Shown here: in pieces, positions 19,526-46,230 of the stretch
How positions within the stretch are numbered: the first letter of the stretch is position 1
Layout: the number at the start of each line of letters is the position of its first letter
Source: Lingula anatina
Taxonomy: Eukaryota > Animalia > Brachiopoda
Direction: 5' to 3'
NCBI GenBank assembly: GCA_051362555.1
Contig: CM120646.1
Span: forward strand, 4,526,001-4,590,000
Length of the DNA stretch: 64,000 nucleotides
The notes under the pieces: generated by a model
The model's database searches: none
What the model saw: only the letters and a program-made list of their open reading frames with translations
What the model was told of the DNA's origin: nothing
Made by a program: the position numbers and the translations under genes

Positions 19526-21366
19526 CTAGGAAGCCATTACAGCTGCGTACTCTACTCGTTCGTCGCTGGGGTTTACGGTTAACGTTTTTGACTTAGCTGA
19601 TCCTGTTCCCTTAGATCTGGACGACTTGGGATCATGTATTGCCAAATCAGCATAGTGGAGGTTCTCTACATTCTTGTCGAGGGGCTGTAATGACCAAATT
19701 ATTATATAGTCTCTAGAGCACCAAGAGTTGTTAAATGTAAAAAGCATAAAAGTAGTTTCAGCATAGGGTTCTTCTATATAAATAATAATTAAAAAAACAG
19801 ACTTTTGTTCGACGTCTGTCTTCCATAACAATTTGGCCAAATATTTGTTAAAAAACATGTACACGTATGCCTATTGTTTTTTCCATTTGCTTAATTAATA
19901 TTTCATGAAAGTATCGGTACGATCCCCACTACTTACGTTGCTCTTCCTCCGGTCATCTACATTCTCTGCGTTCTCTTCCATAGGCTGAAATGAGACCAAC
20001 GCTTTAAAGTGGTTTACAGCAGTTACGTTAACGGGTGTTTTTATCAAGCTTTATGTTTCATGTCTGTCTTCCTAAAATGTTACTGAATATCTGTTAAAAT
20101 ATATTGATGCCAACTGTTAATCCAGAGCCATACTACTTATGTCCGTATTTCACACAGACCACGAATCCCACGAATCGCCAGGAATTGACAAATTTCAGGA
20201 TTCGTGAGAATTTGTGAGATTTTGCAAAGTTTCTGGTCTAATTCGACACGATTACGATACAGGTGCGAGAGTGTTACGAATATTCGTGGGATTCGGCTGG
20301 AATCACACAAATATTGTCAAGAATTCACTACCATATTTTTGGAATCGGGAGTTCGTGGCCAAAATTTTGAATAGCTGAAAATTTTTGCCACGAATTCCCG
20401 ATTGATCAAGTATTGCAAGAACTGACAATGATTATATACGAATCTGTTAAGAACTTCACGAACTGATTACGATTCAACCACGAATACTGAAATTTGGCGA
20501 TTCGTGGTGATTCGTGGGTCTGTGTGAAATAGGGGCATTACGTTGCTTTTCCTCTTGTCATCTCTATTCTCTGCATTCTTGTCGAGGGGCTTTAAAAGTG
20601 GCGACTTTTATATTGATAAGGAAAAGTGATGGTGTGCGTTTGATTTTTTATTTCCTCTGTAGATATACAGAACTAGTACATGTGTTGCATTTCAAGTTCT
20701 GGTAGTGTTAAAGATATCGAATAACGCTACACATTAGCACTTATATATAATTAGTTGATTTTTGTTCCTTCCGACTGGTACCGCTGCAACAAGACGGCCT
20801 TGTTCACAAGAGGCCTTTGATTTTATTATTATTATATCAAAACAATAAAGAGTCCTACTTACATAACTCTTTCTGTAAGTGGCCTTCATCTGGTCGATAT
20901 CTTATCAATGAGATATGAAAAAAAAATCAGTTAGTGCCACAAAATTTGTACTTCAAACCTTGCTGTACATATATTAAAACAAACATTTAAACTACAATTT
21001 TGGTGGACAATTTAATCCGTCACGTAGACTGTACAAAGAGTAAGTTACTGACCCGATGTGGAATTCCCTTTGCTATTCTTCTTCACACAAGTGACCGCGA
21101 CGATGATGATGGTAATCAACAGCACCCCTCCCCCAGCTCCGGCACCGATAGCGATTATGGTCTCTTTGGAGAATCTGTTACTTGCCGGGGCCTTTGAACT
21201 ACTTACTGTACTGGCTGTAATGATAAATTATCTTCATCAAACAGCTGGGAGATTCGAGCTGAAAAGGGTCATCATTTTGTGAATACAACCTACGCTGGTA
21301 AATTAATGCCTTTGCTTAATTGGAACTTCTCAAGCAGGGGCTCATATCCCCTAAACAACCAAATAA

Positions 21367-21419
<53 letters not shown>

Positions 21420-24400
21420 TGGGAGAATAAAAAAAGACACAATGAACAGGCTACTTAGATCCAACAAGAACAGGACCAACACAAGGGCTTGCAGAACCAA
21501 GAATGGTCAGAAATCAATATCACAGAGACCATTGCCGCCATAAACAAGACCAGCAATTGGAAGGCACCTGGGATAGATGGAGTTGCCAACTTCTGGATCA
21601 AAAACCTCCCCAGCACACACGAAGACCTAGCAAGGGCATTAACAAACATCATAGAGAATCCAGATGATTGTCCCTAGTGGCTCACTCAAGGTATCACAGA
21701 CCTGCTCCCAAAGACAGAGGAAACACAGAACCCAAAGAACTACAGACCCATCACCTGTCTACCGACCATGTATAAGATCCTTACGTCAATCATCACAGAA
21801 AAGACCTACACCTTTCTCGACAAAAACAACCTGTTACCGGCTGAACAGAAGGGATGTAGGAAAGGAAGCTACGGATGCAAAGACCAGCTGCTAATTAACA
21901 ATGCCATACTTGAAGAGGCCAAGTCCAAAAGGAAGAACTTGTCAACAGCATGGATCGACTACAAGAAGGCATTTGACAGCGTGCCTCACACATGGATAGA
22001 GAAGAGCCTACAGATCTACAGAGTCTGTCCCACCACCATCCGATTCATTGTACAGAGCATGAAGAACTGGAAAACCACCTTAAATCTCCACCACGCAAAT
22101 GGTTCACTAACATCTAGACCAATCAACATCAACAGCGGGATCTTCCAAGGAGATTCACTCTCACCACTGCTCTTCTGCCTGGCATTAGCGCCCCTCAGCA
22201 CCATGCTCAATAGATCCAGCTATGGGTACGAATCACAGAACGGCAAAGTTAACCACCTCTTCTACATGGATGACCTGAAGACCTTTGCCAGAGATGATGG
22301 TCAACAGACAGGCCTACTCACCATTGTCAAGGCCTTCAGTGATGACATCAAGATGGAGTATGGACTCGACAAATGTGCAAAAGCCACCTTCAAGAGAGGA
22401 CGGCTAACTAAAACCACCAATATCAACCTTGACATCAACACCGTCATCAAGGAAATAGAACAAGAAGGCACATACAAGTACCTAGGAGTGAATGAGGGAG
22501 ACGGCATCCAACACGCCGCCATGAAGGAAAAGGTTAGGAAAGAGTACTTCAGGAGAGTGAGAATGGTACTGCAGAGCGAACTCAACGCGGCCAACCGATT
22601 TGAGGCTATCAACACCCTAGCCATACCTGTAGTGACATACAGCTTTAACATCATCAACTGGAAAATGAGCGACATCAGAAGACTAGACACCAAGACCAGG
22701 AAGATGCTGACCATGGAAAAGATGCACCACCCAAAAGCTGATGTTGACAGGCTGTACCTTCCAAGAGCAGAAGGAGGAAGAGGCCTGGTCCAACTCGAAC
22801 TGTCCTTCAAAATTACCACCATAGGCCTGGACACATACCTGACATCAACAGAAGACCCACTCCTCCAACTAGTGAAATATCATGAGGATAGAAAAAAGCT
22901 CTTCTCGATCAAAAAGGAAGCCTCAAAATTCAAGCAGGAGCTGAAAATCCCAGAAATACCACCAACCGAGAATGAAGCAACAACAAAGTATGCCCGCAGA
23001 GTCAAACAAAGCTAAAACAACTTGGCCAGCTACAAATGCGGAAAACCTGGGAAGAAAAGCCAATACATGGAAAGTACCCAAAAAGGACCAAAGAGGCAGA
23101 TGTAGACCAAGAAAAGACCAACAAATGGCTGAAGACAAACGGACTAAAAGCTGAGACAGAAGGCCTGATCATTGCTGCACAAGACCAGAGTCTGGCCACT
23201 AGAGCCTACCACCATCACATCATCAAAGATGGAACTGACCCACAATGTAGGATCTGTGGAAGATACGAAGAGACCATTGACCACATCATCTCAGGCTGCC
23301 CAGAACTGGCAAAGACAGAGTACATTCACCGACATAACAAAGCAGCAACCTACCTGCATTGGAAGATCTGCAGAGAATACAAGATCAAGACAGCTGACAA
23401 ATGGTATGAACATCAGCCCAACACAGTCACTGAGAACAATGAGATCACCATCCTGTGGGACATGCCCATACAGACCGACAGAGAGATCAAAGCGAATAGA
23501 CCAGATATCGTTATCAAGAACAAGAAAAACAAGGAATGCACCCTTATAGACATGGCAATACCATCAGAACGCAACACCTCTGTCAAGGTAACAGAAAAAC
23601 TGTCAAAGTACAAGGACCTGGAGATCGAGATCAACAGAATGTGGGGTACAAAGACCATAACAATACCTGTGGTCATTGGAGCTCTGGGACTTGTGAAGAA
23701 GGGATTAGAGAAATACACCGACAAAATCCCTGGAAACATCAACATCCACGAAGTCCAGAAGATAGTTCTCCTCGGCACAACACACATACTACGAAGGGTG
23801 CTATCAATGAAGTAGAAAGGAACAACTACCCTCTAGCGCCTCAGGACCATTGTTTGGGCCCGGCTCTTTAGGACGTAATAAACAATGCAGAAAGAAACCA
23901 CACTTTATAATAATAACAAATAGCTAAATAATATCAATAATAATAAAATGACACTGGAATGTACTGCACAGCCTAGCCATCAACCATGCCCATTTACATA
24001 ATAATGTCTTAGGCCGCATTTACAACCAAGTTGATCCGCGGACTAACTAGTCCGGGGATCAAATATGGCTCACCTGACAATGGATTCCCGCCCACCCACC
24101 CCAAGAGCGTCGTCCCAGCAGGAGTGGGGCAATTAAATCTCGCCACGCTTTAAAGTGGGTCACGTCGTAATTAATCCGTGGACTAGTAATTCCACATACC
24201 AACTAGTTCTGAATACACCCTTACTTAGTTACAGAGTTACTTCGAGAAATAATCACTGTCTCATGCGATATACAAAGCAGCAAAATTGCCGAAAAACTCT
24301 CGGAAACCCTAAGTGCAAGAGGAAGTAGGGTGATGCATAAAGGAACGTTTGTGCTCTAAAGGCGTTTATTGTTATTGCAAGAACATATACTAAGATAAGT

Positions 24401-27400
24401 AGTTCACATTCAAAAGAAATGTAAGACGTATCGATCCCCTTTAATGCTAAATTTTGTACATGTATTAAATGTTTTTTTTAAAAGATGTAAGTTATGATGT
24501 ATATTTGAATTTGATAGGCATGAGAACTGACATCGACTTACGTTTAGTTGATGTAATTGGCCATGCAGGAGTCGTAATCTCTGAAAATGAAATAAACTGT
24601 TAGTCAAATTTTCATCTAACGCTTTTCATTTATCTAATAGAAAATCTGCCATGATAATTGGGTATTTAATCTAGATTTTTTTATGAAAGGTGCATATGAA
24701 GATATGAACACCACTTGTTTGAAAATTTTGGATTGAAGGGGAAAACATTAACCGAAACATGCCTTACTGTCTGAAGTAGCACACTTATCGTTCAATTATC
24801 TACTGATGTGTTTTACAGCTTTTTGTTAAACGACTGTTTTTGTTCTATTGTGTATGTGTACTATTCAGTCCTGTTACTTACTTTGGTATATCTATGAAGA
24901 TGCCAGATGGCTCTTGATCGTAGATAAATCGTTGGTGGGAAATAATCAGGAGTTTTATATCGGCTTTGTTCTATATTTCCCATTTTCTATGTTGATTTAT
25001 CTTTTCGTTAATAAAATACAGTGTTTTCTAGGTCATTTTTTATTTTGGCCATTTCAACAAAATACTTTGCATCGCCCATACATTAAAAGCTTCCCCACGA
25101 TGATATGGATGCTTTTCTTTACTAAAAAACGCTAAAGTGTTTCAGGTCTGGCATAGTTAAGAGTTTTCAACACAGGAGTTCATCTCATTAACTTCCAATG
25201 CTATGATATTTCACCAAACTAAGACCTGAGCCATGTGTATGTACTAAAACGTACCCAATTGTATTATGTTATAGTTGCAGTGCTAAAATTACAGACTTGA
25301 TATTTAATATGAAATATTTCAGTTTTAAAGGTATACCTAGATAAAAATGCGTTCTTTTTTTTTTTTTAAATCAGATCTTATATAAGACATCTTACTGGAG
25401 AAGTGTGAAGTCAGGTGTCGCTGCCAATTAACTGACTACCAAGTCTGTTGCTCTGTTGCCTTTGCCTTGTGTAATATGCAGTGATTTAATTGGGCAGTGC
25501 TCCTCTGGGCTGATCAAAGCTTGGCTTTGGCGAAGCATAGTTCTGTCAAAAAAGTATCCATATGTCGGCAACTACTGCATAGAAGAGTTTGAAATTTTGC
25601 ATGCAAGAGGTCGGTTTTTGCAGTGCGTAAAATGAGTTAAGCAGTGTTTTACAAAATTGTTAATCTGTGCCAGAATGACGCGAAAAGCACAGCCATTGCC
25701 AGACAGATTGTTGTGTCAAACGGAATGGTCTATACAGTTTTATAGAGTAATGCCCAGACTGATGTTCCTACACAGAGACCACGCCCAATGCATTGGCGTC
25801 TTACCACCAGGGTACAGGACTCATTGTTCTTCAGGATATGCTGCTGCAATTAAACCAGAATCACCCAGTCCGTTTTGAAGGAGGGGCAAATTGTCACCAA
25901 AACGCTTTTTTTCAAAGCTCTTAGCGAACACCAAACTGTTTTCAGCAGGTTAAGATACCAGATGACATCTGAGGAAGCCACTGTTAACAGCAAAGCAACG
26001 TACAGGTAGTCTGTTTCTCTAATGAATTGGGGACCATGACCGTTTCTGGGTAGAACACTGAAATCGCTTGGCTTTCTTTATTGGGGTCAGACTTCACCTG
26101 AACCGCTTAACTGGTCAAAACATAGTTAACAGACATCCTGAAGAGGCCTACGACGAAGCGTGTGCCACTTCTTAAGTGACCAGGGTCATTGACAGTGTCA
26201 GTATTTGGAGTGGATACCACATTGGTGCCAAAATACCGATGGTAGTCATCGATGAAAACCTGAACCAGATCAATTAAAGGAATAATCTGGGGCACCTTAG
26301 GAACAACATTAGGTTGCACGATGAGATTGCCGGTTCACACAGAGTACTTTTAATAGCAGATAACCTACAGAACCAAGGGAATGAGTAGCTACCTTAGTCA
26401 TCAAAATCGCCATAATTGAACCATATAGACAATATGTCGGTAGGTCATGACTCGCCGAATCAACGGCCTGCATGTCCTACAACAAAACTGAGCCAAATTG
26501 AACAAGCTTTAACCGTTGCCTGAAATTTTATTTCAGATTAAACTCTAAAAACCTATCATAAGGAATGTCTTGTCGCTTGAAACCTCTGGTAGCAGGAAGA
26601 TGAGGTCAAGCGTAACAGCGACTGTTGCTGTGACTAGACACTGACATGTGGGGCCTTTGTGGGACGTGTAACTCTTTTAAAGACAATAGTTAGGAAATAT
26701 GGGGATCCAAAATATCGTTTTCAGTGATTGTCGTATGATTTAAAATAGGCAATGTATTTTTGTTTGCTCCACTGGCGAATTCAGTTAATGAACTGGTGTC
26801 ATACTGACATCGAATAGATTATCAAAAGTTATTAAAACACGATTTTAATCCTTATTTTCATTTATCAGCCAGCAAAATAGGAAAAAAAACTGATGAATTA
26901 TGATTTGGAAAAAATATTCCATATTAAATGCCAAGTCTATATAAGCAAAGCCAGTTTTTGAGTAAAAAAGCAAAGTGAGTTCGGTTCAAATTTTCGTTTT
27001 AGTTTCATGTTGTAGTGCGATTTTCAGTTTTTCTTATTCACACTACCATGCAGCATATACTGCATATTTAAAGACAAGAACCATTATAATCGGATAAGAG
27101 TACAAAGTATATAATTACCATTTATTGTACTGACTTTAATACTCGTGCTTGAAATGATGGCCTGTGGCGTTGGTTGATCTGTAATGACAATGATGAATAC
27201 AATACTCTTATCCGAAAAAAAAAGAGAGATTGTATCTGGTTTCACCGACTGGTCTTAGGAAAACTGGTTTAAGATGGAGTTTTACATTAATAAAATTTAA
27301 ATACAGTTTTTGGGAAACGATGCGTGATAAAGACTGATCTGTTTAAATAAAGTGGCCGTACTTTTTCTTGATTAGCAATACGTGTGCACGATTATAAGGG

Positions 27401-27915
27401 AAATACTTCGCATTCAAATGTTTCACACTTTACAACGAACTTAGACATATATATAAAACTACCATCAATTGCTGCACATGTAAGTTCAGTATAAACTTAC
27501 CGTGTTCCCATGGAGGTAGACCCGGTGTGACAGAAATGGTAGTACGCTCGGAACCGTATTTAATTCCCCATTACTTTGTACAGGTGACAATCGTCCCCTA
27601 TACTAACCCTAACCTGAACTAATCACTTGGGACCCCGGTCTTCCATTCCTAGGACTACCATTAATGTCACAAAATGAAAATACTCATCTTATCTGTCGGC
27701 AGATAGGCACTGATGTCTCTGTTTTAAAAAGATTATCACGATTTGCGAATTACGTTTTGTACATAAAGATACAATACATTTGAAAATATCCAGAATTTGT
27801 GTGTAATATTTGTATTGATACCAAATAGATTATAATTAACATAGATCTAGGTTGATTGATTAAAGATCCAGATCGTCAATACCATCATTTCAGAGTGATA
27901 TTTGAAAGCATATCT

Positions 27916-27957
<42 letters not shown>

Positions 27958-28780
27958 ACGACTATACATACCTTTCACTAAAACAATAGTTCTTGTTGGT
28001 GAAGGAATGTCATTTTGCTTGCCTAGAATATCCATGGCACACGTGTAGTTTCCACTGTCAGATATGTTCGCTGTCGGAATATTAAGTTGGAAGTTCTGTG
28101 TACCGCTAGGATTGTAAACGTTGTCTAGAGTTATGCCTCTCCCAACACACTCCTCTGCCGTCTCATTCACTTTTGCTGACACAAAAATGCACCATGGAAT
28201 ACCATCTTTAATCCATTTAATCTGAAAACTCACAGTTGACAAATCTGTGGACGTGCTGAAGTTGCACCACAATGTAAAAGAGTCCCCAGCGGTGGTTTCT
28301 ACGGTAACAACAGGAGAGATGGTTTCTACGGTGACAACAGGAGAGGTGGTTTCTACGGTGACAACAGAAGAAATAGTTTCTACGGTGACAACAGGAGAGA
28401 TGGTTTCTACAGTGACATCTGTAGTCGTGGTTGGGGTGACCTCTTCACTCTGTATCACAGTCTGGCACACCACTGAAATAACCATATATAAGTCCGATGT
28501 TTTATTTGAGAATCATAACTTACACACCCATACACTCCCAATGAACTAATCATAAAGTAATGAATTAAGATAGCAAAGGGTGAGGTTGTTCTTTGAAATA
28601 TCCAAGATGAATGAAACCCAAATATGAATATATCCCTTGCAACTCGCTCTTAATAGAATGCCTGTTACCTCAAAAGAAAGATAATAATAATTAATCAGGG
28701 AAAACCCGTTTCAAAGTAATAAACTCACCGCCAGACGCAGGATACATGCAAGTAAATACGAGCGTTAACATCCACTTCAT
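19526..28780 (-). CDS. A2: inhibitory Ig receptor (SP-mucin repeat-IgV-stalk-TM-2xITIM)
   Basis: Exons: 28780-28729 (MKWMLTLVFTCMYPASG), 28472-27972 (repeat plus Ig), 27178-27119, 24580-24542, 21214-21053 (TM), 20900-20863, 20589-20542, 19984-19937, 19684-19526 (LHYADL...VEYAAVMAS*). Confidence 0.86.
20140..20537. mobile_element. MITE with long TIRs and TTA target duplication (PIF/Harbinger-Tourist-like)
   Basis: The ends TGTCCGTATTTCACACAGACCACGAATC and GATTCGTGGGTCTGTGTGAAATAGGGGCA are inverted repeats with TTA on both sides. It is absent at the paralogous A1 site (about 2350). Confidence 0.8.
21370..21415. repeat. (AAT)n microsatellite at the 5' junction of the retroelement
   Basis: About 15 AAT units seen directly; more TAA repeats occur at 23907-23945. 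Confidence 0.9.
21416..23910 (+). mobile_element. 5'-truncated non-LTR retrotransposon with RT and restriction-like endonuclease (R4/Dong-type), defective
   Basis: RT motifs KAPGIDG, YRPITC, EQKG, WIDYKKAFDSV, GIFQGDSLSP, YMDD. C-terminal CRIC...ETIDHIISGC and RPDIVI...IDMAIP...KLSKY (RLE). TAG stop at 21675-21677 and a frameshift near 23010. Flanked by TAA repeats. Confidence 0.88.
25292..26939 (+). mobile_element. Degenerate Tc1-like DNA transposon in an A2 intron
   Basis: Imperfect TIRs CAGACTTGATATTTAATATGAAATATT / AATATTCCATATTAAATGCCAAGTCT with TA flanks. Relic RKPLLTA (about 25972) and LNHIDNM (about 26415) match Tc1 transposase motifs. About 1.65 kb. Confidence 0.65.
28291..28417 (-). 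repeat. 27-bp coding minisatellite (VTVET[I/T]S[P/S]V x ~4.5) in the A2 Ig exon
   Basis: The unit GGTTTCTACGGTGACAACAGGAGAGAT is repeated in frame. Confidence 0.9.
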
Positions 28781-29212
28781 CTTCAACTGTTCGTGTTAGC
28801 GTCAGATGATTGTCTGCGAGGTTACCCCGCGTATCAAAGTCCGAAGCCTTCTGCATATCATTATCAAAGCGGAAGAGAGTTTTAACCTACGACATGTTTG
28901 AATTTTAATATGTGAAAACTTCGACATAAGATCTATCCCAAGGCTAGTAAGTTTTAACATTAAAATGCTTTGTCTTCTTTATTTAACAAGTAGTATGATC
29001 ACGGTTTCACGGCTTCTAAATTTGGCATACAATTTTACAAATGTACCTTGATGTTTATAATATGTGTTATTCAACGAAATAGTATTTTAGATAAATGGTA
29101 CATTAATGGTATTAGGTTCATTGGGTTGAGCCTAGGAGGAAATAGTTATGAAAATAGACTTCCATCTGATTTAAGATATTTACGATTTGTGTTTTCAGAG
29201 GCTATTAAAAGC
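28781..29212. promoter_or_regulatory. Putative bidirectional promoter/5' region of pair 2
   Basis: Homologous to 5895-6330 and carries TATCAAAGCGGAAGA at 28862-28876. Confidence 0.6.
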
Positions 29213-38260
<9,048 letters not shown>

Positions 38261-40006
38261 AGTGGATTTTTTAGTGGTTTAAAAAATTAGAGTTTTTATC
38301 TGAGACTATATCTAAATGATTTAGAAATATTTTTTTGCATAATCAAACTTTAGTTTTTTATCGTGTTTAATTATGTTTCCTGAAGAAAGCCACTATCATT
38401 GCACATTTACTGAATACCAATCGAATTTGTGAACCTGAGGCCGAATAATTATGGCACTTTTCTGTTCAAGATCACATAATGTGAGTGCGAATTGGTATTC
38501 CGCGTTGTTCAAAGTGTATTCAAGAGGAACGTAGGCAAATCGCTAAGAAGCATTATGTGCTTACTTAAAGAACAAGAAAATAACAAATTCTACACGCACA
38601 CACACACATATATACAAAAAAAAAAAAAACAATATGCAAAAAAAAAAAACATTTTTAAATAGTCACAACAAACAATAAACGAACATTAGGCTAACTGAAA
38701 ACTGAGCAGGTTTGTGATTACACAGGAAATAAACCGACAATATTAGTAACAAACAAAAAATCAAAATTTTTTAAAAATGTATAAAATAAAAAACGCACTG
38801 TTCAAGTATACTTTCAAAGTTGTCAAGAAGGAACGTAGATACGGTACCAAAGAACGTTTCATTTTGTCCAACAGTTGAAGATTTATTTCCATGAAGAAAC
38901 AATAATAGATTTTCCTTTTGAGACCTCATCTCCCTGTAATAATTCATTTTTAAAGGGGCGGGTAATTTCCATTCTGAAACGGGAATCTGAAAAAAATGTA
39001 TAGGAGATTAGGGGCACCGCAGGTGTAGTGAGATGAATCAACTGTATTTTCGGATAGTAAAGCAAAGTCCCTTGTTTAGTAATGTGGCACTTAATACCAT
39101 GTTTTCATATTATCTAAGTGGCAAATTTAGTGTTTTCAATTTCTAACACACTGACGAGATTGCATATAACATTTGAATTAATTATTAAAAATTATTTGGA
39201 AAACATATCATTGACTTTAGTGGTCTTGATGAAAACAGTCAGGTTCATGTTCTCACTCGACGATATATTTTTGTACAAAGTAGAGTTGAGTATCTGGATG
39301 GAGTTTACATTTTATTTGATAATTTTTGCAAGTATTGTGAACGTGACACTTGTCCTATCATACTGTGCCTATGTGATTAGTTTACATTTACACCCAATAA
39401 ATGCAATTGCACTTTTTCCATATAGTTTCTTTATTGGATACACGTCATTATATACTTAAGCACTTGTGCACAGGGTGATAATCAAATTGATGAACAACAG
39501 TGAGGGAGCTCGCGTAAATAAACAATATAGGTACAAAGTCTTTACATCAATGATTTAATCAACGTTATAAAGACATCACGTTTTCACAAATCATTAAAGG
39601 ATTGCAATTCAATATTTTCTAGCAGAGGCAAACACACCTGTAACCACCTTGTGTGCCATGCATAAAGACAAAAAACTTATTTGAATTCGACACAGACGTC
39701 ATATTCTTTCCGCAGAATCCATTATTATGATTTCGATTTTCTGAAATACATTTTTGAAATATCATCCATCTGTATGCACAACGGCATTTCTTAGAACATT
39801 GGTAAAATATTTCACCATTAACATCTAAATTGCCTACATTTATACATATGCAACTTGGGTTAAGACAACCTGTATCATCCCCCCAAAAAGCAAATGAGAA
39901 AGAAACGGATACTTAAAACACAACTCCCTTTTTAAAGATTTAATAAACCCAATATTAAAAGGCAAATTCAAATTCGTAGAATAAGTAATAATGGTCTAAA
40001 GGTGTT

Positions 40007-40401
40007 CTATGAGGCCATCACAGTTGCGTACTCTACTCTGTCGTCGCTGGGTCTACGGTTAACGTTTTTGACTTAGCTGATCGTCTTCCTTTAAAACTAG
40101 ACAGTATCAAATCGGCATAGCGGAGGTACTCTAAGTTCTCCTCAAGGGGCTGAAAATAATCACATTAGTCAACGAGGGCGTGGTCATTATAAACACATTG
40201 ACAACGTCTATATTGATAAAGATCTCGAAGGTGAACATTTGAATTTTTACTAGATATACAGGAATATGTATGTCAAAGATACTGAATAACACTAATTTTT
40301 TGTACATTCCTTTGATTGTATATCCCCATATTAAAACAATAAACAGTCCTACTCACGTTACTATAGCTAAGCTCTGTAAATGTCTTTTCTCCGATAAGTA
40401 T
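40007..40401 (-). pseudogene. Decayed ITIM-tail exons of A3
   Basis: Homologous to the A1/A2 tail (LRYADL...RVEYATVMAS*) but lies downstream of a stop codon. Exon ~40357-40401 has stops and the wrong phase. The last exon has a 1-bp deletion near 40050. Confidence 0.8.
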
Positions 40402-40585
40402 CTGATCAACAAAATATAAAATAAAGAAACTACATGCAGTAACTTAAAATCCGTCATTCAATATGTGTTGCATTATTCTTTAAACCAGAAATTAAACGAT
40501 ATTCTCAATAGACATTTTGACACATTACGTACCCGGTAGACTCTACATCACCAAGGATTTCCTACTAACCTGATGTGGATTTCCT

Positions 40586-44772
<4,187 letters not shown>

Positions 44773-45199
44773 CGTCTAAAACTAACCATGTCAACATTAG
44801 ATATTTGTCTGCATGGCCGCCTTAGATATCAAATACCAGAGTAGATAAGACTTGACCTATGACATTTGAATTTTGATAGGCAGAAAACTTTGCCTACTAT
44901 TACAGGCCAACGCTGACGTTTAGTATGTTACTGAATTCAAGAAGACGTATGAACATGGTGCATCCCTCCCCCCCCCAAAAAAAAAAAAAGATGATCATCC
45001 AGGCTTGTTGGCATTACTCGTTCTCTGTTGATCACTCACTCTAGACATTAACGACATCTCAGCCTCTCCAAAAAACTTCGATCTTTATAATCTGTTTACT
45101 ATTCGAAAAAAATCATACTTTGGAGAAAGGAATTTTCGAGAATAAGTATCAATTGCTTTCAAATTAAGCAAATGGGACCTCCGATAAATTTTACTAAAG

Positions 45200-46230
45200 A
45201 TGCATTTTCAGAAGCGTCTTTGAATATACTATACACAATTGTGAGTATGTTTTTTCTGCCTTTATTTAAACATCTCATTTAAGATCATCTGGGCCGTGAG
45301 CTAATTGTTAACTTACGTCATTCTTGCAGTTAAACATTATTTAATTTATTTTATTTCAAATTGCATAGCTTTGAACAGTATTAAAAAAAACTTCCAACAC
45401 ACACTTCATGGAAGTATATCTGTGAGGGTTTTATCCCGTCACTCCGTACTTCATCAGTTACACTGATGTCAAGATACTGTGTATAGTGACTGGTCTAAGT
45501 GAGATCTGCTGGACTATATATTACTCTATCCCAGAAGTGAGACTGGCTATGTCTCCCTCCCCACGTCCTTGTCCAGTGATGGCCAGTGGGTCCAAATGTA
45601 CATAGATTTCTTTACCCTTTGATTGAACCAAGGGGGTGGGGTGGGGGGGGGGGGCAAGATCCAAGATTTGTACACTATCTCAACTGAAGGAATGTTTGGT
45701 ACCGCGATATTGATGTGTTCGTGTGGCACAAAACCTCAGGTGTGTTGGCACAGCTACATCTCCAATGTTCACTGACTCTGGCCATCGCGACATTTGGTTA
45801 CAATTGCTGCGCCCGTGCTTTTTGCAAGATGTTTTGCATATTGACCGCTGATGTCAGTCGAATTATATAGACACAATATCCAGACTCAAATTTTCGGCAT
45901 ATTCTTTTACCTGTACAAATTTGCTTTAAATGGGTCACATTGTGCACTTATCAGCGTATACCGTATACGGGAATCTTAAATGGATTGATTTAAAAAGACG
46001 AATATGTGGATATTTCAGTGATTTGCTGTAGTCGATAACCAATTGTCATACAACGTTCAGCTGAACCATCTTCACTGTTGTGCGACTTCAGTACATCCAT
46101 ATTTTGTCAGCTGTGGGTTTTAAAATAAAATGGTTTAAGGTTGGTATTTCATGGTGCACTGAGTAAATGGGGCAACAGAGGAGTGTGTTAGGGGAGGCAT
46201 AAGTCTAGGCAACGTGTATGGTACTAGGTA
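45200..46230 (+). pseudogene. psi-K3: relic signal-peptide exon and deleted/frameshifted Ig exon of the kinase partner of A3
   Basis: 45200-45300 resembles the K1/K2 signal exon (ttttcag...atgtttttt...catct...catctgggccgtgag). 46010-46220 resembles the K Ig exon (tatttcagtg...tgcgacttcagtacatcc...aaatgg...catggtgcact...gaggagtgtgttag...aacgtgtatg). No kinase exons follow. Confidence 0.72.

Noticed and set aside
22016-23787. Long minus-strand and alternate-frame ORFs (22301-22834, 23413-23787, etc.)
   Set aside because: They are antisense shadows of the retrotransposon ORF.
24010-24222. Possible Harbinger-like MITE (similar weak candidates near 7090-7850, 27525-27670 and 46697-46917)
   Set aside because: The termini are too degenerate to fix boundaries or TSDs by eye.
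39118-39459. Hydrophobic 113-aa ORF between K2 and A3
   Set aside because: AT-rich 3' flank with a non-ATG start, no paralog in other units and no motif.
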